From the human T2T-CHM13v2.0 reference genome, Homo sapiens: a stretch of 64,000 bases of DNA. The notes beneath the pieces were generated by a model. It was not told the origin of the DNA. It did no database searches and saw nothing but the letters and a program-made list of their open reading frames with translations. The stretch is taken from NCBI RefSeq assembly GCF_009914755.1, contig NC_060939.1; one strand, written 5' to 3'. Numbering within the stretch: position 1 is the stretch's first letter; each line of letters begins with the position of its first letter. Positions 37,335-54,207 of this stretch are shown here, in pieces. A program made the translations under genes and the position numbers.

Positions 37335-37472
37335 GTGGGTTATTGTGTAGTAAAGTAGTAAACTGTGTAGTAAGTAGTAAACTGTGGACCTTAGTAAATG
37401 TTACTACTTAGCATCCAAGCTAAATGTGATAAAGTAGTCTTTTCCTGGTAACTTTTTAAATCTTTGCCTCTT

Positions 37473-37605
37473 TTTATGTGTGTGGGTGGTGGGGGAGGGG
37501 AGGGGGAGGTACATTTTAGGAGCAGAGGTTTAATAGGCAAAAGAAAGAGAAAGAAGAACTGCTCTCTCACTTTTGAGAGTGAGGGGTGCCCAAGTGGGAT
37601 TTCCC
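37473..37605 (-). mobile_element. Short TSD-flanked retrocopy resembling the 3' (R) end of an ERV1/MER4-group LTR transcript
   Basis: 16-bp TSD TAAATCTTTGC(C/T)TCTT; the minus strand has TTTGCCTATTAAACCTCTGCTCCTAAAA followed by a low-complexity tail. Confidence 0.6.
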
Positions 37606-38443
37606 TAAATCTTTGCTTCTTAAAGACACACTCCACCCTTTTTGAAGGTTGAAGTTACGGATTTGCCAACTTTTGATTTGGCTGTTTTCTCCTATTGGTG
37701 GTATTTAGAATCTTATCAAAAGAGAAATGAAGTTGCCTTTTCCCTCTCTCCCCAGATGTTTGTTAACTGATTTTTCCTATTATTTTCTGTTTATAAGCAT
37801 GTGAATCGTATGTACCAAATTGATTAAAATAATGAACTAATTGAATTGTTTTACATACTGAAATTCCCTATATTTACTGTGATACACGCTACACAAATAC
37901 TTTGTGTGTGCTTAAGTTAAAAGAGTATAGTCTCTGATGCCAGACTCTATTCAAATAACTGTCACTTACTAGTTGCATTATTACTAGGTAGTGACCTAAC
38001 ATTTCTAAGCTCAGGTTTCCATCTGTAAAATGGGGATAATAGTAGAACATATCTTACAGAGGTTTCAGGAGATTTAAATGAGAAACATTATATACACATA
38101 CACACTTTAGCACAGGTCCTGGCACGAGTAAGGACTTAATTTAAATTTTTTTCTTTCTTTTTTGGTAAGAAGGCCTTTAACCTATGAAATAATTTAAAGT
38201 GACTTGCATGGGTATATTGTATATTGGAAATCATGGCATAGTGGCAGAGCTAAACCTCCAGATAAAGGGCTATTTTCACTATTTCGAGCATTCTTATGCA
38301 GATCCTATTACCTCTCTTGGTCTTGGTTTAAAATTATATATTTTTAAAATTAGGTAATAAAATCTGTATAGTTCTTGGCATATTGCAGATGCTTGATAAA
38401 TGTTTGACCTGAAGCGTAGAGTGCTTTGTAAATAAGCTATTTA

Positions 38444-39281
<838 letters not shown>

Positions 39282-40253
39282 TATATATATTAGAGTACTC
39301 AGTCTAATTAAACATGTGAATATATTCCCAGGATTTGAACAGACGAAGTTATAATTAGTCTTTGGGTAGTCTAGTCTGTATTAATAGAGAGCTGGTGGTC
39401 GTTATTACTGAGTTTACATGGAAGTTTCCCAAAATGTGAGATTTGGACTACTATGAAACTCAAGATGATTTTAGGTTGAAGATTAAAGAACAATGAAATG
39501 CATACTGAGAAAATTATTCTCTTTTAATTTATGTTACAGTCCTTTTGAGTTAGTTTAAAGGAGTTTCAGTTTGGTGCTAGTATATCTTTTAAATACTTGC
39601 TTATCTCTCTTAACTGAAGGGAACAGGTCTCAGAGCTTTCTGTAGGTTACAGTACCTACAACTAGCTGATAGTGATTACTGTATTTTTTCATTATCTATT
39701 TTTATTTATTTATTTTTGAGACAGGGTCTCACTCTGTGCCTGGGTTGGAGTGCAGTGGCATGATTACAGCTCACCGCAGCCTTGACCTCCTGGGTTTAGA
39801 TGATCCTCTCACCTCAGCCTCCTGGGTAGCTGGGAATACAGGCACATGCCACCATGCCCAGCTGATTTTTGTATTTTTTTGTAGAGACGGGGTTTTGCCA
39901 CATTGCCCAGACAGCTCTCAAACTCCTGGGCTCAAACAGTCCTCCCACCGTAGCCTCCCAGAGTGCTGGGATTATAGATGTGAGCCATTGCACCCGGCCT
40001 ATCTGTTCTTAAAATTTTAAGCTTTTTATTTTATTGTATTTATTTTAATTTTTTAAATTTTAATTTAATTTATTTATTTTTATTTATTTATTTTTGAGAC
40101 AGAGTCTTGCTCTGTCGCCCAGGCTGGAGTGCAATGGTGTGATCTCGGCCAACTGCAGCCTCCACCTCCCGGGTTCAAGAGATTTCTTCTGCCTCAGCCC
40201 CCTGAGTAGCTGGGATTACAGGCACGTGTCACCTTGCCCAGCTAATTTTTTAA

Positions 40254-40604
<351 letters not shown>

Positions 40605-40689
40605 TGAACTCCTGGCCTCAAGTGATCCACCGGCATCGGCTTCCCAAAGTGCTGGGATTACAGGTGTGAGCCACGGTGCCCAGCCTATT

Positions 40690-40925
40690 TCTTTTTTAAA
40701 CTTTTATTTTAGGTTTGGTGGTACATGTGAAGGTTTGTTACATAGGTAAACGTTTTCACGGGGGTTTGTTGTACATACATATTTTATCACCGAGGTATTA
40801 AGCTCAGTACCCAATAGTTATCTTTTCTGCTCCTCTCCCTCCTCTTACACTCCCCCCTCAAGTAGACCCCAGTGTCTGTTGTTTCCTTCTTTGTGTTCAT
40901 AAGTTCTTACCGTTTAGCTCCCATA
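40690..40925 (-). mobile_element. 3' end of an older primate L1 (L1PA13-16-like), followed by an L1ME-like relic to about 41330
   Basis: GGTACATGTGAAGGTTTGTTACATAGGTAAAC...GTACCCAATAGTTA...AGTAGACCCCAGTGTCTGTTGTT. Confidence 0.8.
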
Positions 40926-41825
40926 TTCTTAACTTTTAATACATTATAGTATATATACCGAAGTACTCCTGTCTTAAGTGTCTAGCCCAATGAATTTTCA
41001 TTAACTGAATGCACCCACTTAATTGGCATCCAGACCAAGAAACAATGTTATCATCCCCCCTGAACCCGATATACCCCCTGTAAGTTACTACCCGTATCCC
41101 ACTGCCCAAGGAAACCACCAGTTTCTGACAGAATATATTCTTTTTGTCTGCTTTTGTACTTTATATAAATGGAATTTATAATATGTAGTCTTTTATATCT
41201 GTCTTCTATACCCAACCTGTGTTTGTGACAGTCATCTTTGTTATTGTGTGTAGTTGTAGTTTGTTCATTCTCATTGCCATATGATGTTCTGTTGTGTGAA
41301 TATAGCGCAATTTACTTAAATATTTTATTTATCTTCAGACATACCTTTTACTTACTGGATATGATTTCGTTTTTTCATGTATTTAGGGCTATACAATTTC
41401 CTATTAAATTTATTTAAGTAAAAAATTATTTTTAATTAAATTAATTAAATTTAATAAAAGACAAGTAGAGCAGAGTTGGAGCAGATTGTGAAGATGGTAC
41501 ATAAAAGACAGAAGTTTGAGAAATGTTGGCTGATACTGTTGTTTCCCAAAGTGTTTTCTGTAGAATACTAATCCTGAAAACAGTATTTAGGTAAATATAC
41601 CCCTAGGGTTGGAAATAGTCTTTAAGAATATCACATTTTATTTTTTTTCCTTCTTTGTTGACCAAGCATCCTTCTGATCTGTGTACATCAGGAGAGGATA
41701 TTAGTAGACAATATTTTATATTTCTTCTACTTCTTTACTTCCTGGAAGATACAGTAACCAACATTATTATATAGGAACTGGATTTCAAAATTAAAATGAT
41801 CTTATTTGGTTTTACTTGTGGATAA

Positions 41826-42098
<273 letters not shown>

Positions 42099-42274
42099 TG
42101 AGTAGCTGAGACTCCAGTCATGCACCACCACTTCCAGCTAATTTTTGTATTTTTAATTAGAGACAGGGTTTCGCCATGTTGGCCAGGCTGGTCTCGAACT
42201 CCTGACCTCAAGGGATCAGCCAGCCTTGGCCTCCCAAAGGGCTGGGATTACAGGTGTGAGCCACCGCGTCCAGC

Positions 42275-43080
<806 letters not shown>

Positions 43081-43775
43081 TGTGCTTTAATGGAGAGTTG
43101 GTGTTATTCACAGTTGACGGTTTTAAGAGGCAGCATAGCAAAGAACATGTACATGAGCCAGATTGCCTGAATTTTAATTCTGGCTCCACTTACCTTGAGC
43201 GAGTCACTTAATCTGTTCGTGCCTCAGTTTCCCCAAAATAGAAATAATAATGTTCGTCTTACAGGATTGTTGTGAAGACTCAATGAGTTCAATGAGAATA
43301 AAGCATTTAGAACAGTATCTGGCACATGGTAAATGCTATATGTGTTTGTTGAATAAACATCCTGGTATATGGTGGACTATTAATTATATAGGTATAAGAG
43401 AACTGAAATATGAATAATACTACCCAGGTGATTCCCCAGTTTATATTTGGCTGAAAGAGGAGCTCAGATAATTTTCTCTGTTTTCAGTTTTGCTCCCCCC
43501 TTGACTTTTTTTAAAAGGTCAGAATGAAAAGAATTCAGTCTTCTTTTATAGTCTCTAATAACTACTAAAACTATGTTCCAATATTATACAGTAGTGAAGG
43601 GGTTAAACATGTTAGGCTGTTTAATATCTTAATATATAACCTCACCTTAGAAAGGAATCTACTTAAAATTTGCTATGGTGTGGTAAAGACTGTGGAACAA
43701 AACTGAGTGTCTTCTGTTAGTATATTAGGACCTCTTGTTGACTTTTGCCCCAATTTAAATATTAATACATTTCAG

Positions 43776-43938
43776 AGTCACTGCTAGTTGGATTGAAGCA
43801 CACCTGCCAGATGATTCTAAAGACACATGGAAGAAGAGGGGGAATGTGGAGTATGTGGTACTTCTTGACTGGTTTAGTTCTGCCAAAGATTTACAGATTG
43901 GAACAACTCTCCGGAGTCTGAAAGATGCACTTTTCAAG
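43776..43938 (+). CDS. USP8: USP8 exon 8, c.687-849, rhodanese-like domain ([13 protein letters not shown]...LKDALFK)
   Basis: tttcag| acceptor, AAG|gtttgc donor, 163 nt. Confidence 0.98.
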
Positions 43939-44010
43939 GTTTGCAAGTTTCATTGTTAGTTTATTGTAATTGCAGGGCATCTCTGGTTGTTAGAAAGGCA
44001 TGTTAACTAG

Positions 44011-44280
<270 letters not shown>

Positions 44281-44550
44281 TGATCCACCTGCCTTGGCAT
44301 CCCAAAGTGCTGGGATTACAGGCTTGAGCAGCTGCGCCCAGCCCATCATGCTTTGATTGTAGAATTTTTTATAAATTCAGGTTTAAAAGATTTGTTTTGG
44401 CTGGGTGTGGTAAAATTAAAACTTAGGTGGAAAAAGATCTTATAAGATTACAAGATGGCCAGGCGCGGTGGCTCAAGCCTGTAACCCCAGCACTTTGGGA
44501 GGCTGAGGTGGGTGGATCACGAGGTCAGGAGATCGAGACCATCCTGGCTA

Positions 44551-44831
<281 letters not shown>

Positions 44832-45336
44832 TCACCTGAGGTCAGGAGTTCAAGACCAGCTTGACCAACATGCAGAAACCTCGTCTCTGCTAAAAACAAA
44901 AAATTAGTCGGGCATGGTGGTGTGCACCTGTAATCCCAGCTACTCAGAAGGCTGAGGTAGGAGAATCGATTGAACTCGGGAGGTGGAGGTTGCGGTCAGC
45001 CAAGATCACACCATTGCACTCCAGCCTGGGCAGCAAGAGCAGAACTGTGTCTTACACACACACAAAAAAAGATTACAAGGCAGAAGACAGGCAGAAATAT
45101 TTACAACACATATGGCAGTGGTTTAAAATACCTAAAATCCAAAGAGCTTCTACAAATAAGAAAAATACTTAAGATAAAATAGTAAAATAAGTCGTGGGCA
45201 CAGATAGCCATGAACAGAAAGTGAAATGCAAGTGGACGTAACCATAAAAATGGCAACTTTACTAGTATCAGATAAATGCATATTAAAACGAGTGCCATTT
45301 TCACTGATCAAGTTAACAAAGGTTTAAAAAATAATA

Positions 45337-45625
45337 CGGTTGTCCTCAGTATTTGTGGGGGATTGATGCTAGGACCCCCCACAAATAACAAAATCCATGG
45401 ATATTCAAGTTTCTTACATAAAATGGTATAGTATTTGCATATAAACTACACATATTCTCTCATGTAATTTAAATCTTCTGTAGATTCCTTATAATAACTA
45501 ATAAAAAGTAAGTGCTTTGTAAATAGTTGTTATACCATATTGTTTGGAGAATAGTGACAAGAAAAAAGTCTGTACATGCTCAGTACAGACATAACCATCA
45601 TAGGCCTAACTATATATTTTTTAAA
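45337..45625. mobile_element. MER2-family element (partial)
   Basis: CAAAATCCATGGATATTCAAGTTTCTTACATAAAATGGTATAGTATTTGCATATAA core. Confidence 0.8.
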
Positions 45626-46611
45626 TTTATTTGTTTTAATTTTAATTTTTATTTTTTTAAGAGACAAGGTTTTTCTCAGTCACCTAGACTTGAGTGCAGT
45701 GGCACAATCATAGCTCACTGCAGCCTTGAACTCCTGGCTCAAGTGATCCTACTGCCTCAGCCTCCTGAGTAGCTGGGACTACAGGTACGCACCATGCCTG
45801 GCTAATTTTTTAAAATTTTCTAGTAGAGACAAGGTATTGCTATGTTGCCCAGGCTAGTCTCAAACTCCTGGCCTCAAGCATTCCTCCCACCTTGGCCACC
45901 CAAAGTGTTGGGATTACAGGCGTGCACCACTGTGTTGGGCATCTAAGTATATATATATATATATTTTTTTAATTTAATTTAATTTTATTTATTTCGAGAT
46001 GGAGTCTCACTCTGTCACCCAGGCTGGAGTGCAGTGGTGCAATCTTGGCCCACTGCAACCTCTGCCTCCCAGGTTCAAGCAATTCTCCTGCCTCGTCCTT
46101 TCCAAGTAGCTGGGATTACAGGCGCCCACCATCATGCACAGCTAATTTTTTACTTACTGTTTTTTGAAGACATATCTTACTCTGTTGCCCAGGCCAAAGT
46201 GCAGTGGTGCCTTCTCAGCTCACTGCAGCCTTGACATCCTGTGCTCAGGTAGTCCTCCCAACTCAGCCTCCTGAGTAGCTGAGGCGTGCGTCACCATCCT
46301 AGCTAATTTTATTTTATTTTATTTTTGTAGAGATGAGATTTCACTATGTTGCCCAGGCTGGTCTCAAAACTCCTGGGCTCAAACAATCTCCTGCCTCAGC
46401 CTCCCACAGTGCTGGTATTACAGGTGTGAGCCACCACACCCAGTCAATTTGTTAAATTATTAACAATGATAGCACTGAATGCTGGTGAGCATGTGGTGAG
46501 AAGAAAACTCATTCTGCTGGTAGGAGGGTCAGCTGATTGCCGTTGAGAAAGTCGGTCTTAAAAGCCTTAGAACAATTCATGCTATGACATAGGGAACCCA
46601 GAAATATACCT

Positions 46612-46700
46612 AAGTATGGGACAATTATATGAAACTGCCAGTATTCAACTGGCATTGACCTACAAATGGCAGTTTGGCAGTTTCATAAAGTTCAAACTAA
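46612..46700. mobile_element. MADE2-like mariner MITE inside sense L1M fragments (about 45080-48790)
   Basis: Palindromic TATGAAACTGCCA...TGACCTACAAA...TGGCAGTTTCATA. Confidence 0.75.
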
Positions 46701-47032
46701 GATATGTGAATGATTAGTGTATGATAAAGGTGACATAAATCAATGAAGAAAAGATGGATTGAAATGAATGGTTTGGGGACAACTGCCCAGCCAGTAAATA
46801 AAAGAGAATGGATCCCTACCTTATTTCTTAGACCAAGCTACATCTCAAATGAATAGACGATATAAATGTATAGATTGAAACAGCGAACTATTAGGAGAAA
46901 GCATTGGTATTTTTTAGTACCTTGATGTCAAATCAAGATGTCATAAAGGAAAATGAAGACTGTGTTTATGGCTGGCCGCGGTGGCTCACACCTGTGATCC
47001 CAGCACTTTGGGAGGCTGAGGCAGGTGGATCA

Positions 47033-47266
<234 letters not shown>

Positions 47267-47662
47267 TTAACTATGTTTAAAAAACAAAAACATAAAGTAA
47301 AAATCAGGAAAAATGTTTGCAATATATATGACAAAGACCTGTTTTCCCTAATATTCAGAGTACATTCACTGTTTACTAAAAAAATTGCAAATAACTATAG
47401 AAAAAGGGGCAAAGGATACAATTATTAAATAGTTAAGTCATAGAACAATATAAATCCATAGTAAATAAATGAAAAAATGTCCAACTTCACCAATAAAGAA
47501 ATGCTTATTAAAACAAGATACCATTTTATGTTCATCAGTTTTGTAAAAATTATAAAGATGTATAATGGGCATTCTCATATCCTGTTGGTTAAGTGTATAA
47601 ATTGGTATAGCCTTTCTGAAGGGCAACTGGGCATCATATTAAACCAGCAATTCTACTCCTAG

Positions 47663-48079
<417 letters not shown>

Positions 48080-48991
48080 TAAGATTAGCAATATATTGAA
48101 AACCTTAAAATGTTCGTGTACCTTAGCTTAAGCAACTCCCTTTCTGGGAGTTTTCCTTAAGGAGGTGACTAGGTATGTGCATGTATAAGGATCTTTTGTG
48201 TTTATTTCAGCATTGCTTATAATTAAATGGGGAAAAAACCCAAATGTTCAAACGATTGACTCAGTTTTGGGGTCTGTGTATAAAGTAGAATAGGCCATGT
48301 GCAGCGGCTCACGCCTATAAATCCCAGCACTTTGGGCTGAGCCAGGTCGATCACTTAAGCCCAGGAGTTCGAGACCAGCCTGGGCAACATGGCGAAACCC
48401 CAGCTCACGAAAAGTACAAAAATTAGCTGGCCGTGTTGGCGCGTGCTTGTAAGTCCCAGCTACTGGGAAGGCTGAGGTGGGAGGATCAATAGAGCCCAAG
48501 AGGTCAAGGCTGCAGTGAGTCGTGATTATGCCGTTGCATTCCAACTTGGGTGATAGAGTGAGACCTTGTCAATCAGTCAACCAGTAGTCGAATATTACCT
48601 AGCATTGCAAATGATGATATAGCTCTATAGTGATGAAAGATGTTCATAGAAAAGCAACATCATAAAGGTTTTATTGAAAACTCTCTATAAGAGTAAACTC
48701 CAGAATGTAAAGTGGTATTGGGGTGGTGAGGTTATGGGTCATTTTTGTTTTATATTTAGTAATTTATTTTCTAATTTTTCTTCTAAGATCATTGATTATT
48801 TGTATGGTTTTTAAAACCTCACCTATATAACCATTTCATTTAATGTTGAATTTTGAATTCAGTTCTCATTTTGTCATTATTTAGAAGATAAATTTTGTCC
48901 TTAAGGGAACAACTTTAAAATTTAGATTTGTTGTGTTTTTAGCTGTTGAAAGATTGCTGCCCTATTTAAAATATGATTTCCTTATTTATAG

Positions 48992-49136
48992 TGGGAAAGT
49001 AAAACTGTCCTGCGCAATGAGCCTTTGGTTTTAGAGGGAGGCTATGAAAACTGGCTCCTTTGTTATCCCCAGTATACAACAAATGCTAAGGTCACTCCAC
49101 CCCCACGACGCCAGAATGAAGAGGTGTCTATCTCAT
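48992..49136 (+). CDS. USP8: USP8 exon 9, c.850-994, end of rhodanese-like domain ([21 protein letters not shown]...EEVSIS)
   Basis: tttatag| acceptor, CAT|gtatgt donor, 145 nt; LEGGYENW is the rhodanese C-terminal signature. Confidence 0.98.
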
Positions 49137-49418
49137 GTATGTATGTGAAAATTTTTGTTTAAAATTGCTTTGGTAAAATATGGTTTAAAATTGTTTTCCC
49201 GGTAACATTCTTGGTTGTGTGTGTATTTGTCCTATTAGAGAGCAGTTTGTTTTCAGGCATAAAAATATAAGCCTGGAAGTTCACATTTTCTTTAAGACTG
49301 TTGTAATTGTTTTTTCACTTAGTTTACATTTAATTACTGCATTAACACGCATGAGAAATGTAAGTACTGTGTATGGGGTTTGCTATTCTAAAAAACATTT
49401 TTATTTTTGGAATTTTAG

Positions 49419-49642
49419 TGGATTTTACTTATCCCTCATTGGAAGAATCAATTCCTTCTAAACCTGCTGCCCAGACGCCACCTGCATCTATAGAAGTAGA
49501 TGAAAATATAGAATTGATAAGTGGTCAAAATGAGAGAATGGGACCACTGAATATATCAACTCCAGTTGAACCAGTTGCTGCTTCTAAATCTGATGTTTCA
49601 CCCATAATTCAGCCAGTGCCTAGTATAAAGAATGTTCCACAG
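49419..49642 (+). CDS. USP8: USP8 exon 10, c.995-1218 ([10 protein letters not shown]...IKNVPQ)
   Basis: ttttag| acceptor, CAG|gtatgt donor, 224 nt; peptide in ORF 49373..49654. Confidence 0.98.
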
Positions 49643-49773
49643 GTATGTTCTTGATTTTAACATTATTCTCGCTTTTGTTTTAATATTAAATATATAGTAT
49701 AGCTGGGCACAGTGCCTCACGCCTGTAATCCCAGCACTTTGGGAGGCTGAGAGGGGCAGATCACCTGAGGTCA

Positions 49774-50037
<264 letters not shown>

Positions 50038-51921
50038 TTAACATCTTAGAAAAAAGTATCGATGAGAACAGTCTGTATGTTTTGATAAATTTTTTGTTTA
50101 AAAATTTTTCATCATAATTCAGCATTACCGCCACGCCTATATTAGAGTAGATAATTAAGGGGTTTCCAAGCCAGTTGGCGATCCATTTGCTACAAACAAT
50201 GCCAATGAAAGATTGCATTATCACAGTGAATTAGAATAGCCCTTTTGGGATTTTTTGTATTATAATTTGACCCATATTATTTTCATAAATAGCTTGGCTT
50301 ACATATGATAGGTATGTGATGTCAGTATTTTGGTTTTAAAACAGTGCTTTAGTTTCATTTCCTTAGAATTTGACACGCAAATAACAGGCATGTTTAACAA
50401 TAATCATGTAAAAGTTTTTAAATAACCAAGACATTACAAATAAAAAAATTTTAGTTTTTATATCCTTCATTTGGCTTTATTTAAAGAAAGGTTAACTAAT
50501 GTTCCCCCTCCATGCATTTCCCAATAACATTTTTTAGCATTCATTTTTAATTTTTTCCCCAGATATATTTAAAACAGTATTTCACATTTAAAGTGGATGA
50601 CGTTTGATTTGTGGAGCAGGTATTGAATAGAAAATCTGGTAATTTTTTGTTATAAACTGAAGTGGTTCATTTCTTCATTTTTTTAAGGTCTTTTAGTATT
50701 GCAGAATAAATTGCAGACTAAATAGATGTGATTAAACAACTTTTCTTAAAGGGTGAATTTAGGAAAGTCTAAAAAGAGCTTCTCTATGTTATTGCATTTC
50801 CTTTCAACTTAATCTATTTAAACGCTAATCCTTTTGTGTCCCAACATAACTTTATGAGATACGTACAATTTTCAGACATATTTTGAAGATCTTCTATATA
50901 AAAAACAGCATGAGGGCTGGGTGCCATGGCTCGTGCCTGTAATCCCAACACTTTAGGAGGCGGAGGCAGGTGGGTCACCTGAGGTCAGGAGTTCCAGACC
51001 AGCCTGGTCAACATGGTGAAACCCCATCTCTACTGAAAATACCAAAATTAGCCAGGCGTGGTGGTGCGTGCCTGCAGTCCCAGCTACTCAGGAGGCTGAG
51101 GCAGGAGAATCACATGAACCCAGGAAGCAGAGTTGTAGTGAGCCGAGATCAGGCCACTGCACTCCAGCCTGGGTGAGAGTGAGACTCTGTCTCAAAAAAA
51201 AATAAAAATAAAAATAAGACAGCATGAAAGTTTGTATATACAAGAGATGGGTTCTTCTGATGTTTGGAAGGAGAGATCTGTATAAAATCAGCCACAGCAT
51301 AAGGCAGAATATCATAATTGCTCTACAAGGCACTGGAGCACAGAGCAAGGAGAATATTCTAGCTGAGAAGATCAAGGACGTCTTCATGGAGGAGACAGTA
51401 TTTTATCTGGGCTTTAAGAGTAGGATTGGAGGATAGAAGAAACAAGTAGAAAATTCTATGACCAAAGGCATAGGGCATGCTCTGGGGCCAGTGAACAGTT
51501 TTGGCATATGTGGGCGCTAGTCTCTGTTGGAGAGAGGAAGTTATGATAGTAGATAAGATTAGAAGGATGGACAAGAGTCATCAAGAGAGACTTGGATCAA
51601 ATTTGAATTTTGTCCTGTAGGCACAAGGAACCATTAAAGAATTTTAAACTTGAGAGTAACATGATCATAACTATACTTTTAAAATTAGGGAAAAATAGAT
51701 CAAGCCACCAAAATGTAAATGGAAACAACATTTATTTTTGTTTCTGTTCCACCTCTTATTGTTAACCTCATCCCCATAGTGGTTCTTCCTACTTTATTCT
51801 CAAATACATGCAAAAAAAAAGACAAAGGATTTTTTTTAAGAGGCAGAAAGAGAAGTGAACAGGAAAAAAATTATTTTTTCTACACTAACCTCGTTTTCTT
51901 TTTCTTTTCTTTTTTTTTTGA

Positions 51922-52230
<309 letters not shown>

Positions 52231-53622
52231 TAAATTCGTTTTGTAAGAACACTATGTAGATTGTTATTGGCACATGTTCTTATAAGTTTTTATTTTTCTT
52301 TCAGTACACAGTATTCTCAAGAAATGATGTTAGGGTCACTTCTCTAGTGTTAACATGCTGTTAAATTGAGGTAATAAACATTTAACTCATTAAATCAGGA
52401 ACTTAGGTAGTTTATTACACAACCTGAAGGAAACTAGTTAGTATTTTACCTCATGTAAAAGTTTTTAGGGAAGATTGCATTTGTTCCCTCAGTAACATAG
52501 TTACTAACTGTGCCAGGCACAGTCTTTATCCTTTTAGAGCTTATATTCTAGGAGGGAAGAAAAATTTTAAATAAGTAATTATAGTTATTTGATCAGAATT
52601 CCGGTAGAGAAGAATAAAGTATTATAAGAGCATGTATCAGGGGACTTGGCTAGTTCTAGGAACCAGGGAAGTCTTTTCAGAGGGAGAGATGTGTAAGCCA
52701 AGACCTAATGTGGGCATTATCTAGATGAACAGCTGATAGACCTAAGTTGGGAAGGAGCATGGCATCTTGGAATAATTTTTTTTTTAAGGCAAGTATAGCT
52801 GGTATACACAGCCATATGACTGGAGAGGTAGGCAGATGTAAGACCATACAGGGCATTACAGACTATGGTAAAGATTTTAGGTGTACTGAGAGCATAGTGG
52901 GTAGCAAATCAAATTTGTTTTAAAATGAGTCCTCTGGCTATAATGTGGAGAAACAGATTGGGGGGCGGGGGCAAGAGAAGAGATGGGCAACTAGTTGAAA
53001 GCTATGCTGTAGTCCTGGTGAGAGAGGAGGTTGACATGGTCTTAGCCTGTGGTAGAAGAGATGGAGGGACAGATATAGGAGGAAAATTAACAGCGTGCAG
53101 AAGGATATGGGAAGAACATATCATGGGACTCAGGTTTTTGATTTGTGCAACTATTGGGAGAGTGAGAGTGGTTACATCCATGAGATTAGGACCATGTTTG
53201 TCGGGGTGGGGGGAATCGTGAATCCGTTTTGGCTGTATGGGGTTTGAGATACATGTGTTGACACTCAAATGGAAATATTGGGTAGGCATTTGGATACCTG
53301 GAAGTGGAACTTAAGTCTAAGTATGCCCAGGTCTAGGTTTTATGTTTTAGAATAAAGACATTTTTAACTCTTTTGTGTACAAAACACTCAGGAAGAATTG
53401 AAAGTGTTGAATCAAGAGGATGTAAGTTCCAGTGATGTTTGAATATCTACCATTCAAGTTCTGTTTTATGAGAAATCTTGACACTGAGTAATTAACAAAT
53501 AGATGTGCTGATAGATGTTGTCTCCACAAAGTGACACTTCTTTTATCACAACTTGATCTCAAGAACTGAGGTTATTTCCTGATTTTTGACAAAAATGTTT
53601 TGCTCTGGTTTTGTTGCTCTAG

Positions 53623-54207
53623 ATTGATCGTACTAAAAAACCAGCAGTCAAATTGCCTGAAGAGCATAGAATAAAATCTGAAAGTACAAACCATGAGCAA
53701 CAATCTCCTCAGAGTGGAAAAGTTATTCCTGATCGTTCCACCAAGCCAGTAGTTTTTTCTCCAACTCTCATGTTAACAGATGAAGAAAAGGCTCGTATTC
53801 ATGCAGAAACTGCTCTTCTAATGGAAAAAAACAAACAAGAAAAAGAACTTCGGGAAAGGCAGCAAGAGGAACAGAAAGAGAAACTGAGGAAGGAAGAACA
53901 AGAACAAAAAGCCAAAAAGAAACAAGAAGCTGAAGAAAATGAAATTACAGAGAAGCAACAAAAAGCAAAAGAAGAAATGGAGAAGAAAGAAAGTGAACAG
54001 GCCAAGAAAGAAGATAAAGAAACCTCAGCAAAGAGGGGCAAAGAAATAACAGGAGTAAAAAGACAAAGTAAAAGTGAACATGAAACTTCTGATGCCAAGA
54101 AATCTGTAGAAGATAGGGGGAAAAGGTGTCCAACCCCAGAAATACAGAAAAAGTCAACAGGAGATGTGCCCCATACATCTGTGACAGGGGATTCAGGTTC
54201 AGGCAAG
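53623..54207 (+). CDS. USP8: USP8 exon 11, c.1219-1803, SH3-binding motif and E/K/Q-rich coil (IDRTKKP...GDSGSGK)
   Basis: gctctag| acceptor, AAG|gtaagc donor, 585 nt; ORF 53653..54258. Confidence 0.99.
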
